NCBI RefSeq assembly: GCF_001194135.2
Contig: NC_068990.1
Span: 31,304,277-31,361,182, forward strand
Reading direction: 5' to 3'
DNA: 56,906 nucleotides
Source: Octopus bimaculoides
Taxonomy: Eukaryota
This document shows, in pieces, positions 52,476-56,906 of the stretch; position 1 is the stretch's first letter, and each line of letters starts with the position of its first letter. The notes beneath the pieces are model-generated. The model worked only from the letters and a program-made list of their open reading frames with translations, did not search any database and was not told the origin of the DNA. The position numbers and the translations under genes were made by a program.

Positions 52476-54152
52476 GTTGCACTGTAAGTGGGAATTAAAA
52501 TGAAGAAGTGATGTTGGGTTGTGGGCAGGTCAAGCAAGAGAGAGAGAGAGATGTTTTGAAAGGATCAGAAATCTGGGGTGGAAGGTGAACAAGTGCAGAG
52601 CTAAAAATTGAAGAAACTGGAGCAAAAAAAAATAAGTTGAAGAATTCAAACAAAAAAGTGGAGGGGTAAGCAGAAGGAACAGTAAAAAACTATTCAAATA
52701 TAAATTTACTCATTAAATATTCTAAATTTGAAATGCATGACTTTTTTTAGCTCATGGTAGGAAATAAGATGATATACAAACATACACGTACACTTATACA
52801 CATTCATATGTACTTGGAAAGAATATGCCCACTTACATATATATATTTGCATGTTGACATGCACATATATGCAAGCATAAGTATGTAGGGGTGTAAAATA
52901 TAATGGTTGGGTGGTTAAAAACTTTATTTCACAATTGTGAGATCCTATGTTCAATTCCACAATGAGTCATCAGAATTTACTTACTCTGCAGCATATTAGA
53001 TTGAAGGAGAGAAAGAATTGCTAATTGTAGATGTGTGGTTTAGAAGCATGGCATGAAGATGGGAACAAGCTGAGATTCCAGTTTAGGTGCAGCTAAGAAC
53101 AAAGGAACGCTCAAATAGTTCATGTTGAATATTTCTCTCTTGAAGGAGATAAGTGGGTGCTTAGGGAAATTTGAAATGATTATGGTATCCTATTTCAGAA
53201 AGATGTTAAAGAAAACAGTGCATGGATACAGCCAGGTCATGTGAGGCAAGGTGAATTCTCAGTCCCCACTCAGTTGTGTGTTTGGTAGGAGTGTGGTTGT
53301 CCAACAGATGGCTTGTTCAAGAGCATAATCTGTGATGGTTGAAAATAACACAGGCAAGGTAAAAAGAATGCATTTGCTCAGACTTGATATCAATGGAAGT
53401 TTATTTAAGTCTATGCATGGCTTCCATTCACTGTAGCAAATCTACTGCTGATTTTATAAGTTGTCATCTTCAATATTAGTTAAGTGACAGACAGTTTTGT
53501 TTTTTTTCTTTTCAGAATAAATAAATTTAACTTAATTAAATAAACTATTTTCAGATTTTCTACACTGAAAGTCATTAAATTCAATGTGTCTTGAAAAAAG
53601 TCATACTTGGTTTGTCTTCCTCTGTCACTCTTCTCTTAATATGATGTTGATGGAAATCATCCTAGGTTTCTAATTAAGTGTAAGACCTGATATGAGATTG
53701 CGATATTCATACTTTATATTTTTCTCAGTGACATTAGTGAAGTAAATTGTCTTCATTTCAGAATCAAAATCCCTAAGTTTTTCCATATGGAAAGTAATTG
53801 TTGATATTTGGAATACTTTGAATGGCATTCTCCCTCTTCTGAACAACTATCAATATAGATTAATTAAAAACTAAACCCACTAGTGATTTACTTTCCTTCA
53901 GTGGCTTATGAGCTGTCTGATCAAACATATTTGAATGAATTACATAGAGTACTAATCACCAACATACCTGCTTGTTGTGATAATGATCCTTAAACGTTAA
54001 CACAATTCAGTTTAACTTCTTGATTGTAGTTTTCTTCAATAATCCTCTTCAACTAATTTTATACCCTTCTCTACAAATTGATCCAGTCTGACACAGCTGT
54101 TTTTTTTCAATAATGACTTTCTTTAGTGAGCTAATGATCTTGTAAAGTTTAA

Positions 54153-54350
54153 CCCTTCTAATACAAACCTACCTGAGACCACTTCTGGTTCTGTGGTACA
54201 AACTTCTTTTTATTTACCAGAGATTCATGTTATTTTATGTTCCAAATACCTCTTTACTAATAAAGTTAATTTAGTAAATTCATCATTATTTCCCAGACAT
54301 TAATTAAAGCAAACGCAGTGTATTTCAACAGAAATATTGTAACAGAAGGG
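54153..54350. mobile_element. 198-bp MITE, inverted relative of 16395-16624
   Basis: TTAA|CCCTTCT...AGAAGGG|TTAA; shared GTGTATTTCAACAGAA and GGTTCT.TG.TACAAACTTC blocks. Confidence 0.85.
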
Positions 54351-55197
54351 TTAATATCATCAGACTCTAATAGTTATTTTTCCCAAGGACGACTATACTA
54401 TAGGTTTTCTATTCATAAACAACTGCAAACATGAATTATCCTCACTATACACATTAGAATTCAACACTTCATGTTTGTAATCTTGACATCTTTAAACTGT
54501 GCCATATATGTTTGGCTTTGTTCTATAGAACCTAAAATACTTCACCTTTGAATAGTTACTGTCTCTCCACAAAAGCAGAGAATACCCTACTAGAAATACC
54601 ATATTTCTGTCAGGATTGTTAAATCACCTTTAATTATTGGTATCCTAGACTATATTGAAGAAAGAAAGAAAATCATCCGACAATTTAGTTTTCTCTTGCA
54701 GAATTCAATTCAAATCCTTTGTAGTGCTCTGTCTTTATCTATATCTACTTATTTCTCCCTCTTCTTTCTCTTTCTTCACTACTATTTCTACAACTATAAT
54801 GAGTTCTTGAGAATTTACATCATATTTTGTTACATACATAACCTTGTACTTCTCAGTGCTTCTGTACTTTTTTTTTTATGTACATTGTATTTCTATCCCC
54901 AAATCTTGCTCAAAATATCACAGTCTTTCATTCTAACGAAAACCGTACTAGTGACGCTTACTTCTGTGTCTTAATGATATTCTAATTTCTAACTATTCAA
55001 GCTCTGTGTATTTATTTAACTGCACTAATCTTACTCCTTACATCCTGAGTGGGCACCAAGCAGCTAACAAACTTTATTGCCTCTGTGGTAAACACATAAA
55101 AATACTCAAGAAGGTAAATTTATACTTTATGCATTTAATTTTCAGTGAAATATGTTTTGATGTTTTTTTTTTGTTTTTTGTTTTTTTTAACTCCTAG

Positions 55198-55303
55198 TCA
55201 ACCAAAACTGAACTCAACTGATGATGTGAAAGATAAACTTCTTCAACTTCTCATTAGTCAGTCTCATGGAATGCTGCTGAATTCTGGATGTCCTATTGAA
55301 AAG
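55198..55303 (+). CDS. dve: Coding exon, start of CUTL-like region (QPKLNSTDDVKDKLLQLLISQSHGMLLNSGCPIEK)
   Basis: Poly-T tract ending CCTAG, AAG|GTAAAG donor, 106 nt, phase 2 to 0; AG+T = Ser. KDKLL.LL..QSH..L...GCP resembles the segment following Compass in dve proteins. Confidence 0.9.
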
Positions 55304-55778
55304 GTAAAGCCTTTCATTTTACTTCTAAATGACTATTTAAGTTTATATTATATATTGTATGTATTGATAACATAAGTACTATAATAAATAATACTGTTGT
55401 AAAACTTCATCTTCATATTTGTTGTTTTCTCAAAGATGATGTTTTATTTAACTATATTTTGTATATTTTCTAATTATAAACTAATTATGACCAGCATTGG
55501 AAATGTTTAAGAGTGGCAACTCTTTTAATGTGGCATGGAGACTTTCAACTCTCTCAATAAGGAAGAGAATATGAGCTATCAATAAAGATTTAAAAGAACA
55601 GAAAGACATTGCATAAGGAGGAGATAATGTAATATTAATTTTAACATTAAAAAGAATGAAGGTTCGAAAATGTTTGTAGGTAAGAAAATTGAGCTGAAAT
55701 AATTGCTGACATGATGCTGATGACAATTTACAACAAGTGGGAAAATATGATTTTGACATAAATAAATATCTGGAAATA

Positions 55779-55830
55779 CCCATGCTAGCATGGAAAGCGG
55801 ACATTAAATGATGATGATGATGATAATGAT
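55779..55830 (+). mobile_element. Very short RTE-type tail
   Basis: CCCATGCTAGCATGGAAAGCGGACATTAAATGATGATG, nearly identical to 19862-19900. Confidence 0.8.
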
Positions 55831-56745
55831 GGTGTTGTTTCCGATATTGTTTTTGGTGGAGTAGCGAGTTGGACAGAGCTGCTCTTCTTTGCGTCTCCTA
55901 CTGCCGTGTGGGTTTATCCGGTATATCAGATAGAAACCTGTCCAGATGTTCCTTGAAATCTTCTACATGAACACCATGTAGATCTCTAAGGTTGCCTAGA
56001 AGGATGTGGAACAATTGCGGGCCCTTGAAACCCAGACTATTGCAGTACTGTGCCCTTATTTTAGATGGCGACGACGGGATCTTTGTTATGATGCACTGCC
56101 GTTCAGTTCGAGTATTGGTATAGCAGTCATTTCCATAATTGGGAGCAAAACCCTCCAAGATCTTCCAAATATATATCACTGCATATCTCTCTCGTGTTCT
56201 CTCCAGGAAATAGAGACTCAACTCCTTTAGCCTCTCCCAGTAGCCCATCTTTTGCATCGTTTCGATCTACTTTGTGTGTTGGCACTGGATTACTTGGGGA
56301 CCATAGTTGGGAGTAGTAATCCAAGCGGCTGAGAATGAGAGTCTTCCATAGTAGTAGCAGGGCCTTCCTTTTCCTGGTTCTCAATGTCCCCAGAATCCAT
56401 CCAGCCACTTGCCTGAACAGTGTTGCAATCTTGGTAATATGCACATGGAATGTTGCATCGTTGTTCATGTGAACCTCGGGGTCATGCACAAACTCTGACT
56501 CGGGGATTGTATTACCTTCTGGTCCAGTGTATTCTGATTTTAGCCTGGTGTTGGAACTATAGTGGAGTGCCTGAAATTTCATAGCATTGAGCTGCATGTT
56601 ATTTTTGTTCGCCCATTCGGGTCATTCTGCAGTTTTATGATGTCCTCTGGGTTCGTAACTGCCCTCAATACATTTGTGTTGTTAGCATAACTGGTCAGAT
56701 TGGCTGGCTGTACCATGGAGGGCATGTCTGACAGGGCCACCACAA
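55831..56745 (-). mobile_element. 5-prime truncated CR1-group LINE, RT C-terminus and ORF2 end
   Basis: SYANNT (YADD with both Asp lost), MQLNAMKFQ, LILSRLDYYSQLWSP, YWERLKELSLYFLERTRERY, FKEHLDRFLSDIPD; frameshifted. Confidence 0.92.
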
Positions 56746-56751
56746 ATAGTG

Positions 56752-56857
56752 TATATATATATGTCTATATATATGTATATATATATGTGTGTATATGTAT
56801 ATATGTATGTACATATATATATGTATATATATGTATGCATACATATATGTATATATG

Positions 56858-56906
<49 letters not shown>
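56752..56906. repeat. (TA)n/(TATG)n microsatellite
   Basis: Directly visible. Confidence 0.97.

Noticed and set aside
53040-53460. Possible Penelope RT remnant (TSIDIKS motif, minus strand)
   Set aside because: Too few motifs in register to support without a profile search.
55216-55230. CTGATGA-TGT-GAAA in the last exon
   Set aside because: No room for stem II; it simply encodes TDDVK.
1-56906. CRISPR arrays, rRNA genes, prokaryote-type operons or a hidden intact nested gene
   Set aside because: None seen; all ORFs over 100 aa are explained by microsatellites, gaps, AT-rich chance or decayed LINEs.

Overview
AT-rich eukaryotic genomic DNA with dense (TA)n/(CA)n microsatellites and five N gaps. 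The repeat complement suggests a mollusc, probably an octopus (inference). The window holds four + strand coding exons (5692-5878, 39827-40021, 44081-44207, 55198-55303) of a Compass/defective proventriculus (dve, SATB-related) homeobox gene. They splice in frame (phases 0|1|1|2|0) into a Pro/Ser/Thr-rich segment, the full Compass/ULD domain and the start of a CUTL-like domain. Neither the start codon nor the homeodomains are in the window. The introns (33.9, 4.1 and 11.0 kb) are filled with mobile-element debris: many RTE-clade LINE pieces, CR1, Penelope-like GIY-YIG, Tc1/mariner, TTAA-CCCTT MITEs, a Helitron-like element and at least three tRNA-SINE families. The best hunt result is a pair of tandem minimal type I hammerhead ribozyme motifs on the minus strand (45448-45802), with cleavage sites 282 nt apart and a flanking 29-bp direct repeat, i.e. 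a retrozyme or Penelope-like unit. Also notable are a ~430-bp-arm fold-back, a SINE nested inverted inside a SINE, and apparent conservation of intron phases with vertebrate SATB genes. All family assignments are from motif recognition by eye; no searches were run.
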